A stretch of DNA of 64,000 nt from Dehalococcoidia bacterium (GTDB lineage Bacteria > Chloroflexota > Dehalococcoidia > Bin125). The stretch lies in contig OZ251457.1 of NCBI GenBank assembly GCA_965242565.1, positions 172,046-236,045 of the forward strand. The letters run 5' to 3'. This document shows, piece by piece, positions 28,504 to 37,944 of this stretch (its first letter is position 1; each line of letters begins with the position of its first letter). The notes under the pieces were generated by a model, which was not told the DNA's origin, ran no database searches, and saw nothing but the letters and a program-made list of their open reading frames with translations. The position numbers and the translations under genes were made by a program.

Positions 28504-28961
28504 TCGGAGGTCTCAGCGTCGCGCTCATCAAGCCAGAAGACAAGCTCTTGATGCCAGCCGCCGGGGTGCTTTATGCCCTGCCCAGCCTTCTGCGAAGGAG
28601 GGGTGACCGTTACCCGAAACCCGCTCCAGTCATCCTCCTCTCGCTCTGTGAATTCCCAAGTGACCTCGACAGGCGGCCACTCCTTCCATTCGTGCCGAAA
28701 CCCCAACTGATCCTTCAGCAACAGCCCAGTGTTCCACGGCGACACTCTTTCGGTCATCGCGTAGAGCTCGGCGCACACCTTGCGCATTTTTTCGCGCACA
28801 TCCGCGCCGCCCACGGCTACGCCCCAGCTCTTGTGGCGCGCGTTCAGCGTCAGGTGGTGGGACACCTGTCCTGTAGCATTCCGAAGCTCCTGCAAGTCGC
28901 TCCAGAGCTCGAGGATCCGGTTGGCGAGGATGTGCCGCCCGTAGTCGTTCTGGTCTTCCAT
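28500..28961 (-). CDS. Hypothetical protein (153 aa), lower-GC islet
   Basis: Non-shadow amino-acid composition (Trp/Glu/Lys-rich). ATGA overlap with the downstream ARH remnant. No motif recognised. Confidence 0.55.
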   Translation of the reverse strand: MEDQNDYGRHILANRILELWSDLQELRNATGQVSHHLTLNARHKSWGVAVGGADVREKMRKVCAELYAMTERVSPWNTGLLLKDQLGFRHEWKEWPPVEVTWEFTEREEDDWSGFRVTVTPPSQKAGQGIKHPGGWHQELVFWLDERDAETSE

Positions 28962-29038
28962 CAGTCGGTCCTTTCGTGGTCGAGAGGGTAGAGAGGATGG
29001 GGGCCTGGCCGGGGGTGAGAGGGAGGTTTGGGCATTGT

Positions 29039-29338
29039 TCAGTCCTTCCCTGCGCGCCAGCGCTCCACTGCGGCGGCGTTGGCAGCGATCACCGCGTCTA
29101 GGCAGTCGCGGAGGGTGAACGTCTGGTCGTAAAGCACCGACGGATCCATATCCACAGCCTGCGAGTAGACGCCGACGGCGCGCATCAGCAGCAGCTCCGG
29201 GTCGGCGGTCGGCCGCCCCAAGGCATCGTCTCCTCTGACTTCATCAAGGGCTTCCGAATCGGTGACGCCGGACCGTCCGTCCTTGTAGCCGGGGCGCACC
29301 CTCTCATACAGCTCAGTGAGGTTGTCCCAGTCCGTCAT
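29039..29338 (-). CDS. Hypothetical protein (99 aa), lower-GC islet
   Basis: Plausible composition. ATGA overlap with the upstream 53-codon remnant ORF. No motif recognised. Confidence 0.5.
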   Translation of the reverse strand: MTDWDNLTELYERVRPGYKDGRSGVTDSEALDEVRGDDALGRPTADPELLLMRAVGVYSQAVDMDPSVLYDQTFTLRDCLDAVIAANAAAVERWRAGKD

Positions 29339-29493
29339 CGTTCGGTCCTTTCCTGGGGGGCGGCCCTCAGCACGGGCCGCGCATCGGCATCCTTGACTGC
29401 CTCGCGCCGTTCGGGGCGGGCGTCGAGCCCCTGCTCGCGGAGCAGATCCGCCAGCTTGCCGTTCAGCAACTCTTCCTGGTCGTGCGCGGCCAT
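29335..29493 (-). pseudogene. Remnant of the methyltransferase-fusion N-terminus with internal deletion
   Basis: MAAHDQEELLNGKLADLLREQGLDARPERREAVKDADAR matches residues 1-32 and ~62-70 of the 911/925-aa proteins, then diverges to a stop. Confidence 0.6.
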
Positions 29494-29497
29494 TGGC

Positions 29498-30760
29498 TTA
29501 CGCCTCTTTTGTGGCTCCGGCGGCGATGAGTGCGTCGATCTGGGGCGGCTCGAAGCCGAGTTCGCGGAGGATTGCGCGGGTTTGGCTGGCGAACGGGGCG
29601 GCGGCTTTCTGCGGGCGGAAGCCGTCGCCATCGAGGGCGAGGGGCGGGGAGAGCAGGCGGATGGGGCCGATTTGCGGGTGCTCCAGGTCGTGCAGCATTG
29701 CATTGGCTTCGGTTTGGGGATCGTCGAGCAGTTCCATCGGGGTGAGCACGCGGGAGGCGGGCACGCCGGCCTCGGCGAGCGTGCGCTCCCAGTCGGCGGT
29801 GGGACGCTCGCGCAGGCGCGCTTCGGCGGCGATACGCAGGTCGTCGTAGTACTGCTCGCGGCCCGCGCCTTCGTCGCCGGCGTGCGGGTCTTCGAGTCCG
29901 ATGGCCTCGATAAAGCGCTGGCGCAGGCGGCGGCTGCCGCAGGCGACGGCGAGCCAGCCGTCGGCGGTGTCGTAGGTGCGGAAGTAGATGTCGGCCATCG
30001 AGCGGGCGCGTGCGTAGGGCAGGGCGGCGCGCTGGGTTGGGTAGTCGGCGCCGGCGGCGCGCAGCCGCGCGAGTTCGGCTGCGGCTTCGGCGTGAATGGG
30101 GCCGTCGACCGATTCGACGCGCATCATCTGGTTGTTGTTGAGCGTCATGGCGGCCTGCATGAGCGAGGCGTGGACGGCTGCGCCGTCGCCGGTGTTGGCG
30201 CGGCGGAGCAGCGCGGAGGCGACGCCGAAGGCGAGCGTCATGGCGCACATGTAGTCGGCGGCGACGGGGTCGCCGGATGCGGGGCGTCCGTCGGTGGCGC
30301 GCCCGTTGGCGACCATCAGGCCGCTGCGGGCCTGGACGACGATGTCCATGCCGGCGAGCGCGGCGTCGGGCCCGCGCCGCCCGAAGGGGGTGACGGCGGC
30401 GGTGATCAGGGTGGGGTAGCGGGCGCGCAGGGTGTCGGCGTCGAGCCCGAGCTGCTCAGCGAGCCCGGGGCGGAAGTTCATCAGGGCGACATCGGCGCTG
30501 CGCAGGAGGGCGTCGATCACCTGCGGCGCGTCGGGGTGGCGCAGGTGCAGAGGCAGGGAGCGTTTGCCGCGGTTGCGGGAGATGAAGATGCGGGTTTCCA
30601 TGTCGGCCAGCTGGCCCAGCCGGCGGGTGGGGTCGCCCTCCAGCGACTCGATCTTGATCACGTCCGCCCCGCCTTCGGCGAGCAGTTGGCCGCAGAAGGG
30701 GACGGCGACGAATTGTCCGAATTCGATGACGCGGATGCCGTGGAAGGGTTGGGTGGTCAT
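29498..30760 (-). CDS. Family III CoA-transferase (CaiB/BaiF type)
   Basis: GIRVIEFGQFVAVPFCGQLLAEGGADVIKIE N-terminus. Trimmed to ATG 30760. Confidence 0.85.
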   Translation of the reverse strand: MTTQPFHGIRVIEFGQFVAVPFCGQLLAEGGADVIKIESLEGDPTRRLGQLADMETRIFISRNRGKRSLPLHLRHPDAPQVIDALLRSADVALMNFRPGLAEQLGLDADTLRARYPTLITAAVTPFGRRGPDAALAGMDIVVQARSGLMVANGRATDGRPASGDPVAADYMCAMTLAFGVASALLRRANTGDGAAVHASLMQAAMTLNNNQMMRVESVDGPIHAEAAAELARLRAAGADYPTQRAALPYARARSMADIYFRTYDTADGWLAVACGSRRLRQRFIEAIGLEDPHAGDEGAGREQYYDDLRIAAEARLRERPTADWERTLAEAGVPASRVLTPMELLDDPQTEANAMLHDLEHPQIGPIRLLSPPLALDGDGFRPQKAAAPFASQTRAILRELGFEPPQIDALIAAGATKEA

Positions 30761-30789
30761 GGAATGCGACGGTAGCAGAGGGGGCGGGC

Positions 30790-31050
30790 CGCAGCCCCTC
30801 CGCCTCTCCGTCATCCAGTCCGCTCTTCCGTCATTCCCGCCCCCGAGCGGGAACCAAACGGCGGTCCTCAGCGGCACACTGTCCCGAGATGTCCTGCGAA
30901 CGCGGTTGGCGGGCAATCCGCAGCCCTGGCGCTGCGAACGAGGTTGGGTTTGGATTCCCGCTCGGGCGCGGGAATGACGGAGAAAGGGGCGCGGGAATGA
31001 CGGAGGTGGGGGCACGGGAATGACGAAAGGAAGGGGCGCGGGAATGACAG
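30790..31050. repeat. Nested palindromic element (families H and P) with GGGAATGACGG tail
   Basis: CCGTCATTCCCGCCCCCGAGCGGGAA (30828-30853) and GGATTCCCGCTCGGGCGCGGGAATGACGG (30952-30980) flank a P-like core. Four GCGGGAATGAC units follow. Confidence 0.65.
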
Positions 31051-31275
31051 AAGGGGAGCATGTTGCGAAGTTGGCCGCCGGAGGAGAGGCCGCCGGCAAT
31101 GGCGAGGAAGATCACAGCGCCCGATACCGCCTCAGGATCGCGCCGCCGGTGAGGCTCTGCAACCCGCGTTACGGCGTAACACGATCGTCATATCGGCGAC
31201 ACCTGCCTGCAACCGGCGGCGCGCCGACCCTCCATACGTTTGCACTGTCGAACGAACGCAGATGGAGGGCGAACG

Positions 31276-32646
31276 GTGAACACCAATGAACTTGTGGGGA
31301 AGGCGACGGCGATTCGGCTGTTCAGCTTCCGCGCGCCGCAGATGCGGACCTTTCACCTGACCTGGCTGGCGTTCTTCCTCTGCTTTTTCGGCTGGTTCGG
31401 GATCGCGCCGCTGCTGCCGGTGGTGCGCGAGGATCTGGGGCTGACGAACGAGCAGCTGCTGACATCGGTGATCGCCTCGGTGGCGATCACGATCGTGGCG
31501 CGGATCGCGATCGGCTGGGTGCTGGACCGGGTGGGGCCGCGCCGCGCCTATACGGCGCTGCTGATCCTCGGCGCGATTCCGGTGATGCTGATCGGCCTCT
31601 CGCAGAATTTCGAGACGTTTCTGATCTTCCGACTGTTGATCGGGATCATCGGCGCGTCGTTCGTGATCACGCAGTACCACACCTCGATCATGTTCGCGCC
31701 CAACGTGGTGGGCACGGCGAACGCGACGACGGCGGGCTGGGGCAACCTGGGCGGCGGCGTGACGCAGCTGGTGATGCCGCTGGTGATGACGGCCGTGCTG
31801 TTCTTCGCGGCTAACGACCAGCTGGGCTGGCGCGTGGCGATGGTTGTGCCGGGCGTCGCGCTGATGCTGATGGGCGTGGTCTACTACCGCTTCACGCAGG
31901 ACGCGCCGGAGGGCGATTTCAAGGACCTGCGCGCGCAGGGGCGGGTGACGCGGCAGAACGAGGCCGGGGCGTTCGCGCGGGCGGCGCGGGATCCGCGGGT
32001 CTGGGTGTTGTTCGTGATCTACGGCGGCTGCTTCGGGATCGAGCTGACGATGAACGGGATTCTGGCGACGTATTTCCACGACACATTCAGGCTGTCGGTC
32101 GTGCTGGCAGGGGCGATGGCCTCGATCTTCGGGCTGATGAACCTCTTCGCACGCTCGCTGGGCGGCCTCTGTTCGGACCGCTTCGGCATCCGCTGGGGGC
32201 TGCGCGGGCGCACCTGGTTCATGGGCGCGGTGCTCTGTCTGGAGGGGCTGGCGCTGATCGCCTTCTCGCGCTTCGATGTGCTGCTGCTGGCGCTGCCGAT
32301 GCTGATCGTCTTCAGCATCTGCGTGCAGATGACGGAGGGCGCGACCTACGGGATCGTGCCGTTCGTCAATCGCAAGGCGCTGGGCGCGGTGGCGGGGATC
32401 GTGGGCGCGGGCGGCAATGCGGGAGCGGTGGCGGCGGGTTTCCTGCTGCGCGACTCCGGGCTGACGCTGGCGGACACGTTCTTCTGGCTGGGCGTGATCG
32501 TGGCCTGTCTGGCGCCGCTGGCGCTGGCGGTGCGCTTCTCGGGCGCGGACGAGTCGGCCGAGCGGGCGCGGATGGAGGAGGCGCTGCGCGAGAAGCAGTC
32601 GCTGCCCGCCGCCTCGGTCCCCGCGGTCGGCGCGCTGGGCGACTGA
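31276..32646 (+). CDS. narK: Nitrate/nitrite MFS transporter
   Basis: MRTFHLTWLAFFLCFFGWFGIAPLLP, about 12 TM segments. GGAGG lies 8 nt upstream of GTG 31276. Confidence 0.85.
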   Translation: MNTNELVGKATAIRLFSFRAPQMRTFHLTWLAFFLCFFGWFGIAPLLPVVREDLGLTNEQLLTSVIASVAITIVARIAIGWVLDRVGPRRAYTALLILGAIPVMLIGLSQNFETFLIFRLLIGIIGASFVITQYHTSIMFAPNVVGTANATTAGWGNLGGGVTQLVMPLVMTAVLFFAANDQLGWRVAMVVPGVALMLMGVVYYRFTQDAPEGDFKDLRAQGRVTRQNEAGAFARAARDPRVWVLFVIYGGCFGIELTMNGILATYFHDTFRLSVVLAGAMASIFGLMNLFARSLGGLCSDRFGIRWGLRGRTWFMGAVLCLEGLALIAFSRFDVLLLALPMLIVFSICVQMTEGATYGIVPFVNRKALGAVAGIVGAGGNAGAVAAGFLLRDSGLTLADTFFWLGVIVACLAPLALAVRFSGADESAERARMEEALREKQSLPAASVPAVGALGD

Positions 32647-32717
32647 TCGCCGAGAGGCGATAGAATCGTCGCGCGCACCGCGTATCGCCTGCGGCGGCGC
32701 GCCGGAGGGAGTCGACG

Positions 32718-33572
32718 ATGCCCGATGTGATGCGGCCCGACGGGACCACGATCCACTACGAGGTTTTCGGCAGCGGCTTTCCGCTGCTGCTGCTCGCGCC
32801 CGGCGGGGTCAACTCGCAGATCGAGTTCTGGCAGCGCAGCATCATCAACCCGATCGAGGCGTTCGCCGACGAGTTCATGGTGATCGGGATGGATCAGCGG
32901 CACTGCGGGCGGAGCAAGACGGGGCTGGTTGCGTTCTCCTACGACGACGCGATGCAGGATCAGGTGGCGGTGCTGAACGATCTGGGCATCGCGCGGGCGC
33001 ACGTGATGGGGGGCTGCATCGGCTGCGCCTACGCGCTGCGGCTGGCCGACCAGGCCCCGGCGCGGATTGCCGGGGCGGTGATGCAGGATCCGGTCGGGCT
33101 GGATCACACCAACTCGCCGGAGACCTTCTACGCGATGTTCAACCCGACGATCCGGCTGGCGCGGGCGGAGGGGCTGGAGGCGGTGATCGAGTCGGCGCAG
33201 CGGGATCCGATCTTCATGCAGAACAACGAGGCGGGGCCGTTCGCGCAGCGCATCCACGACGAGCCACTCTTCGCCGAGGCGCTGCGGACGATGCGGCGCG
33301 AGGGCTACATCGCGCTGGTGGTGGAGTTCCGCGACGGGATGTGGCCGAACGTGGAGCCGTATTTCGCGGTCAACGAGGTGGCGGTGCAGCGGAGCTACGC
33401 GCCGATGCTGGTGCTGCCGGGCTCGGATCCGTTCCACCCGACGGGGATCGGCGAGCGGATCTGCAACGAAGCGCCGCGGGCGCACTGCCTGGGGGTGGAC
33501 GCGCGGGCGGAGGCGAACCTGCCTGCTACGCTCGACTCGATTCGCGCCTTTCTGCGCGAGCATTCCAACTGA
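32718..33572 (+). CDS. Alpha/beta-fold hydrolase
   Basis: GSGFPLLLLAPGG N-terminus and a nucleophile-elbow-like HVMGGCIGC. Confidence 0.65.
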   Translation: MPDVMRPDGTTIHYEVFGSGFPLLLLAPGGVNSQIEFWQRSIINPIEAFADEFMVIGMDQRHCGRSKTGLVAFSYDDAMQDQVAVLNDLGIARAHVMGGCIGCAYALRLADQAPARIAGAVMQDPVGLDHTNSPETFYAMFNPTIRLARAEGLEAVIESAQRDPIFMQNNEAGPFAQRIHDEPLFAEALRTMRREGYIALVVEFRDGMWPNVEPYFAVNEVAVQRSYAPMLVLPGSDPFHPTGIGERICNEAPRAHCLGVDARAEANLPATLDSIRAFLREHSN

Positions 33573-33640
33573 TCGCCGCGCGCTGCGCAGCGAACGATGC
33601 GACGAACCACGAACGAACCCGATGAGAAAGAGAACGCCCG

Positions 33641-34312
33641 ATGCAGCATGAGATCCTTCACCGTCCGTCCTACGCGCTGGCGCGCATCGTGCTCGCCTCG
33701 GGCGAGCAGTTGCAGGCCGAAGCCGGCGCGATGGTCAGCATGTCGGACACGATCAAGCTCGACACGGGCGTGCGCGGCGGACTGATGAGCGGTCTGAAGC
33801 GGGCGGTGCTGGGCGGCGAGAGCTTCTTCATCAACACCTTCACCGCCGAGCAGACGGGCGAGGTGACGATCGCGCCCGGATTGCCGGGCGACATTGAGGC
33901 GCTGAACCTGAACGGCGAGACGCTGCTGGTGCAGTCGGGGTCGTTCCTGGCGGCGACGCCGGATGTCGAGGTGGATACGAAGTGGGGCGGCGGGCGCACG
34001 TTCTTCTCGGGCGAGGGATTGTTCCTGCTGAAATGCACGGGTTACGGGACGATCTTCGTCTCCTCCTACGGGGCGATTCACGCGATCGATCTCGATCAGG
34101 GGCAGGACTACACGGTGGACACCGGGCACATGGTCGCGTTCGACGATTCGGTGCGCTACAGCGTGGGCCGCTCGGGCGGTTGGAAGACGACGCTGCTGAG
34201 CGGTGAGGGTCTGGTCTGCAAGCTGACGGGGCCGGGGCGCTTCTACATGCAGACGCGGTCGCAGGATGCTTTCCTGTCGTGGTTGGTTCCGCAGCTGCCG
34301 AAGTCGAACTAG
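33641..34312 (+). CDS. TIGR00266/AIM24 (DUF124) family protein
   Basis: GESFFINTF, GEGLFLLKCTGYGTIF and GEGLVCKLTGPGRFYMQTR pattern. Confidence 0.75.
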   Translation: MQHEILHRPSYALARIVLASGEQLQAEAGAMVSMSDTIKLDTGVRGGLMSGLKRAVLGGESFFINTFTAEQTGEVTIAPGLPGDIEALNLNGETLLVQSGSFLAATPDVEVDTKWGGGRTFFSGEGLFLLKCTGYGTIFVSSYGAIHAIDLDQGQDYTVDTGHMVAFDDSVRYSVGRSGGWKTTLLSGEGLVCKLTGPGRFYMQTRSQDAFLSWLVPQLPKSN

Positions 34313-34320
34313 GGACTGGG

Positions 34321-34470
34321 GCGGCCGACCCCCCAGTCCGCTCGCGCGGACAGCCCCCCTGCGTAGGGGGGCGATTCCAGAAGCGGCGCCCCCTGCGTAG
34401 GGGGGCGATTTCGGAAGGCGGACATGCCCCCCTCTGTATCTCCCCCCAGGATGGGGGGAGAGGGTGGAAG
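34321..34470. repeat. Family D element with extra G6/C6 hairpins
   Basis: CCCCCCAGTCCGCTCGCGCGGACAGCC, two copies of CCCCCTGCGTAGGGGGG, and CTCCCCCCAGGATGGGGGGAG. Confidence 0.7.
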
Positions 34471-34511
34471 CGTCGACCGGGACGGGGGAGGGGGCGGGGT
34501 AGCCTTGGTTT

Positions 34512-35324
34512 ATGGGTCCTCTGGAAATTGCCGCGTTGATTGCGGTTGGGGCGGCGATCGGCGTGTATGCGACCGCGATTGGGGCGGGCGGAGGGTTTTT
34601 GTTTGCGCCGCTGTTGTTGTGGCGGCATGAGGATGCGGAGCCGGCGCAGATTGCGCTGGCTTCGATGTGTCTGGTGCTGGCGTCGAGCGGGCTTTCGACG
34701 GTGCGGCTGACGCGCGCGAAGCGGGTGGATTTCGGCGCGGTGGGGCTGGCGGCGGCGGTGGGGGTTCCGGCGGCGCTGCTTGGGGCGTTCGGCACTGCGA
34801 GTCTGCCGCGCGATGTCTTCGCGGCCGGTTTTGCGGTGCTGCTGGCGGGGCTGGCGGTGTATCTGATCTGGCGTCCGAGCGGCGACGCGGGGGCGCTGGG
34901 TCGGCGCGGCTGGCGGCGGATGCTGCAGGACCGCGAGGGCGACCGCTATCTCTACTGGATTCCGGTGCGGCGCACACTAGCGGCGACGGGCGCGGTGGGG
35001 GCGATGACGGCGCTGGCGGGAATCGGGGGCGGGCCGTTTTTCAGCCTGATTGCGGTGCGGATCATGCGGATGCCGGTTTGGCTGGCGGTGCCGGCCTCGC
35101 ACGGGATCGTGGCGACGATCGCGGTGGTGGTGGTGATCTTTCATCTGGCCAATCAGCGCTGGGGTGATCCGCTGGCGGATGTGCCGCCGCTGTTGGTCGG
35201 GGCGCTGCTGGCCAATCCGCTGGGGCTGCGCTTTGCGGCGCTGGCCAACGAGCGGGGGCTGACGCGGCTGCTGGCGGCGGCGATGATTGCGGTCGCCGTG
35301 TTCACGGGTTGGCAGGCGCTCTGA
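34512..35324 (+). CDS. TauE/SafE family sulfite-exporter-like membrane protein
   Basis: ~270 aa, about 8 TM segments, with internally duplicated GxGGG motifs (GAGGGFLFAP, GIGGGPFF). Confidence 0.7.
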   Translation: MGPLEIAALIAVGAAIGVYATAIGAGGGFLFAPLLLWRHEDAEPAQIALASMCLVLASSGLSTVRLTRAKRVDFGAVGLAAAVGVPAALLGAFGTASLPRDVFAAGFAVLLAGLAVYLIWRPSGDAGALGRRGWRRMLQDREGDRYLYWIPVRRTLAATGAVGAMTALAGIGGGPFFSLIAVRIMRMPVWLAVPASHGIVATIAVVVVIFHLANQRWGDPLADVPPLLVGALLANPLGLRFAALANERGLTRLLAAAMIAVAVFTGWQAL

Positions 35325-35327
35325 GCA

Positions 35328-37817
35328 TCAAAGCAAACTCGTCGGGTCGATTTCGACCGTGCAGCCGCGCGGCAGTTCGATCGCGCGGAGCAGCGGGGCC
35401 GGATCGGGTCCGCGCAGGACGATTTGGCGCCGCCAGCGGCCGCGCAGGCGGGCGGGCCAGGGCTCGGAGGGGCCGATGATTTCGGGCGGCGGCTCGATGG
35501 ATACTGCCGCTGCGCGGGCCAGGCGATCGCGGACGGTCTCCGCCAGCTCGTCGGCCCCGGCGACGGTGCGGGCGGAGCAGAGGATGCGGGCGAGGCGTCC
35601 GTAGGGCGGGTAGTCCAGCGGCGCGCGGAGGCGCATTTCGGCTGCGTAGAAGCCGGCGTAGTCGTGGGCGGCGGCGGATTGGACGGCGTAGTGATCGGGC
35701 GAGTAGGTCTGGATGATCACGCGCCCGGGCGCGCCGCCGCGGCCGGCGCGGCCGGCGACCTGGGTGAGCAGCTGAAAGGTGCGCTCGGGCGCGGTGTAAT
35801 CGGGCATGCGCAGCGAGAGGTCGGCGTTGAGCACGCCGGCGACGGTGACGGCGGGCACATCGAGACCCTTGGCGATCATCTGGGTGCCGATCAGCACGCG
35901 GCTGCGGCCGGAGGCGAACTCGTCGAGGATGGCGGCGTGTCCGCCGGCGGCGCGGAGGCTGTCGCGGTCCCAACGGGAGATCGGGACATCGCCGAATTGG
36001 GCGCGCAGTGCGTCCTCGATGCGTTGCAGGCCGAAGCTCATGGGGCGCAGGCGCTCGTCGCCGCAGGCAGGGCAGGCGTCGGCGGCGCGCTCGCGGCGTC
36101 CGCATTCGTGGCACTGGAGCACCGGTCCGGCGCGGTGCAGGGTGAGCGGCAGTTGGCAAGCGGCGCACTCGACGGCTGCGCCGCAGGCGCGGCAGACGTA
36201 GGCGGCGAGTCCGCGTCGGTTGAGGAAGAGGAGGGCCTGTTCGCCGGCGTTGAGGGCGGCGTTGAGGGCGTCGGAGAGGGCGCGGCTGAAGACGGAGCGG
36301 TTGCCGCGGCGGAGCTCGTCGCGGAGGTCGATGATTTCGACTTCCGGCAGCGGCACTTCGGTGGGGAGACCGGCCGCGCCCGACTCGACGCGCGCGGGCA
36401 GTTCGAGCAGGCGATGCGCGCCGGCGCGGGCGCGCGACATGCTGGCGATGTCGGGCGTCGCCGAGCCAAGTACGAGTACGGCGTCGGAGCGGGCGGCGAG
36501 GTGCTCGGCGGCGTCGCGGGCGTGGTAGCGGGGGTGCGGCTCGGACTGTTTGTAGGTCCACTCGTGTTCCTCGTCGAGGATGATCAGGCCGAGGTTGCGG
36601 AGCGGGGCGAAGAGCGCGGAGCGGGGGCCGACGACGATCTGACGCTCGCCCGTCCAGAGTTGCCGCCATTGCTCGCGGGCGGCGGTCGGTCGCAGGGCGG
36701 AGTGGCGGACGGCGACGCGGCCGGGGAAGCGGGCTTCGAAGCGGGCGACGGTCTGCGGGGCGAGGGCGATTTCGGGGACGAGGGCGATCACGGATTCGCC
36801 ATGGGCGAGAGCGTCGGCGGCGGCGTTGAGGTAGACCTCGGTTTTGCCGCTGCCGGTGACGCCGTGGAGGAGGAAGGAGCGGGGCGGTCGGTCGTCGCGC
36901 TGCGGCTGCACCCGCGCCGTGCGCGCTGCGGACATTGCAGCGAGAATCGCGTCTGCGGCGCGCTGCTGATCGGGTGTAAGTGCAGGCGCTTCCTCCTGGT
37001 GAGGGGAGAAGACCGGCGCACGCTCTGCTCGATCCTCCGACCGCGCGACCCAGCCGTGCTCCAGGAGCGATTTTAGATCCGCCGGCGTCGCGCCGGAGGC
37101 GCGGCGGGCGTCGCGCTCGGGGGCATCGCCCGTTTCGAGCAGCTGCAGCAACGCCAGTTGACGTCGCTCGGCAGCGCTGCGGCGCAGGCCGAGCGCCACG
37201 GCGCGCGCCTGATCGGGCGGGATGGCGAGCACGACCGCGTCGCCGTCCAGACGCACCAGCGAGGTTTCCCCAATCCAGCGCTCGAGCGGTCCTTTGCCGC
37301 CCAATGCGCGACTCGCGTCGGCGACGGCGATCGGGCCGCCGGCCAGACGCTCCAGCAGGTCGGCGGGGCGCGAGCGACGGGTGGCCGGGAGCGAGGCGCT
37401 CGCGGCTGCGTCGGCCAGGGTTAGCCACGGGACGGGCGCGGGCGGATCGGGAAGCAGCGGCCGGCGGTCGGACCAGGGGTGCGCCTGCGTGTGCGGCGGC
37501 AGAAAGAGGGCGAGGGCGCTGAAGAGCGGCGCGAGATAGCGCTCCGAGATCCACTCCGCCAGCGCCAGCTGATCGCGCGGCAACAGCGGATTCGGATCGA
37601 GGATCGCCGCCAGCTCGCGCGGTGCTTCGATCTCGCTCTCGTGCGTGACCCGCATCACGATGCCGAGCGTGAGCGTGTTGCGCCAGGGAGCGGCGACGGC
37701 GGAGCCGCGCTGCGCGTCCATCCCCGGCGGCACGCGCCAGGTGAAGGTGGAGCGATCCGGGCTGCCGGGCGAGACGGCGATCTCCGCGTAGAGCGCTTGG
37801 TCGTCCGCGGCGGCCAT
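35328..37817 (-). CDS. priA: Primosomal protein N' (replication restart helicase)
   Basis: LLHGVTGSGKTEVYL, ILDEEHE, the Cys-rich CRACG...CHECG zinc region, and GTQMIAKG. Confidence 0.92.
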   Translation of the reverse strand: MAAADDQALYAEIAVSPGSPDRSTFTWRVPPGMDAQRGSAVAAPWRNTLTLGIVMRVTHESEIEAPRELAAILDPNPLLPRDQLALAEWISERYLAPLFSALALFLPPHTQAHPWSDRRPLLPDPPAPVPWLTLADAAASASLPATRRSRPADLLERLAGGPIAVADASRALGGKGPLERWIGETSLVRLDGDAVVLAIPPDQARAVALGLRRSAAERRQLALLQLLETGDAPERDARRASGATPADLKSLLEHGWVARSEDRAERAPVFSPHQEEAPALTPDQQRAADAILAAMSAARTARVQPQRDDRPPRSFLLHGVTGSGKTEVYLNAAADALAHGESVIALVPEIALAPQTVARFEARFPGRVAVRHSALRPTAAREQWRQLWTGERQIVVGPRSALFAPLRNLGLIILDEEHEWTYKQSEPHPRYHARDAAEHLAARSDAVLVLGSATPDIASMSRARAGAHRLLELPARVESGAAGLPTEVPLPEVEIIDLRDELRRGNRSVFSRALSDALNAALNAGEQALLFLNRRGLAAYVCRACGAAVECAACQLPLTLHRAGPVLQCHECGRRERAADACPACGDERLRPMSFGLQRIEDALRAQFGDVPISRWDRDSLRAAGGHAAILDEFASGRSRVLIGTQMIAKGLDVPAVTVAGVLNADLSLRMPDYTAPERTFQLLTQVAGRAGRGGAPGRVIIQTYSPDHYAVQSAAAHDYAGFYAAEMRLRAPLDYPPYGRLARILCSARTVAGADELAETVRDRLARAAAVSIEPPPEIIGPSEPWPARLRGRWRRQIVLRGPDPAPLLRAIELPRGCTVEIDPTSLL

Positions 37818-37944
37818 GCCGCCCAGCGTAGCCGCCCCCTCCCCAGTTACTCCCGCCCTCGAAGCGGAGCCTGCCCCCGGCTCGAACGGGAGAATCTGTC
37901 CCGCTTCACCGCTCCGCGCGCTGTCTCTGCCGCCTGCCAGGCTG

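Noticed and set aside
22884-29493. Calling islands A and B (48186-53670) prophage or integrative elements
   Set aside because: No integrase, transposase, tRNA attachment site or phage structural genes are recognisable in or beside either island. I describe them only as accessory or duplicated regions.
35302-37554. 750-aa ORF in another minus-strand frame overlapping priA (similar cases at 42790..45162, 46927..48216, 55878..57284 and 56846..58936)
   Set aside because: Extreme Arg/Pro/Ala content and no motifs. The overlapping frames encode priA, nasA, the LLM oxidoreductase, ribF/scpA and leuS, all with canonical motifs.
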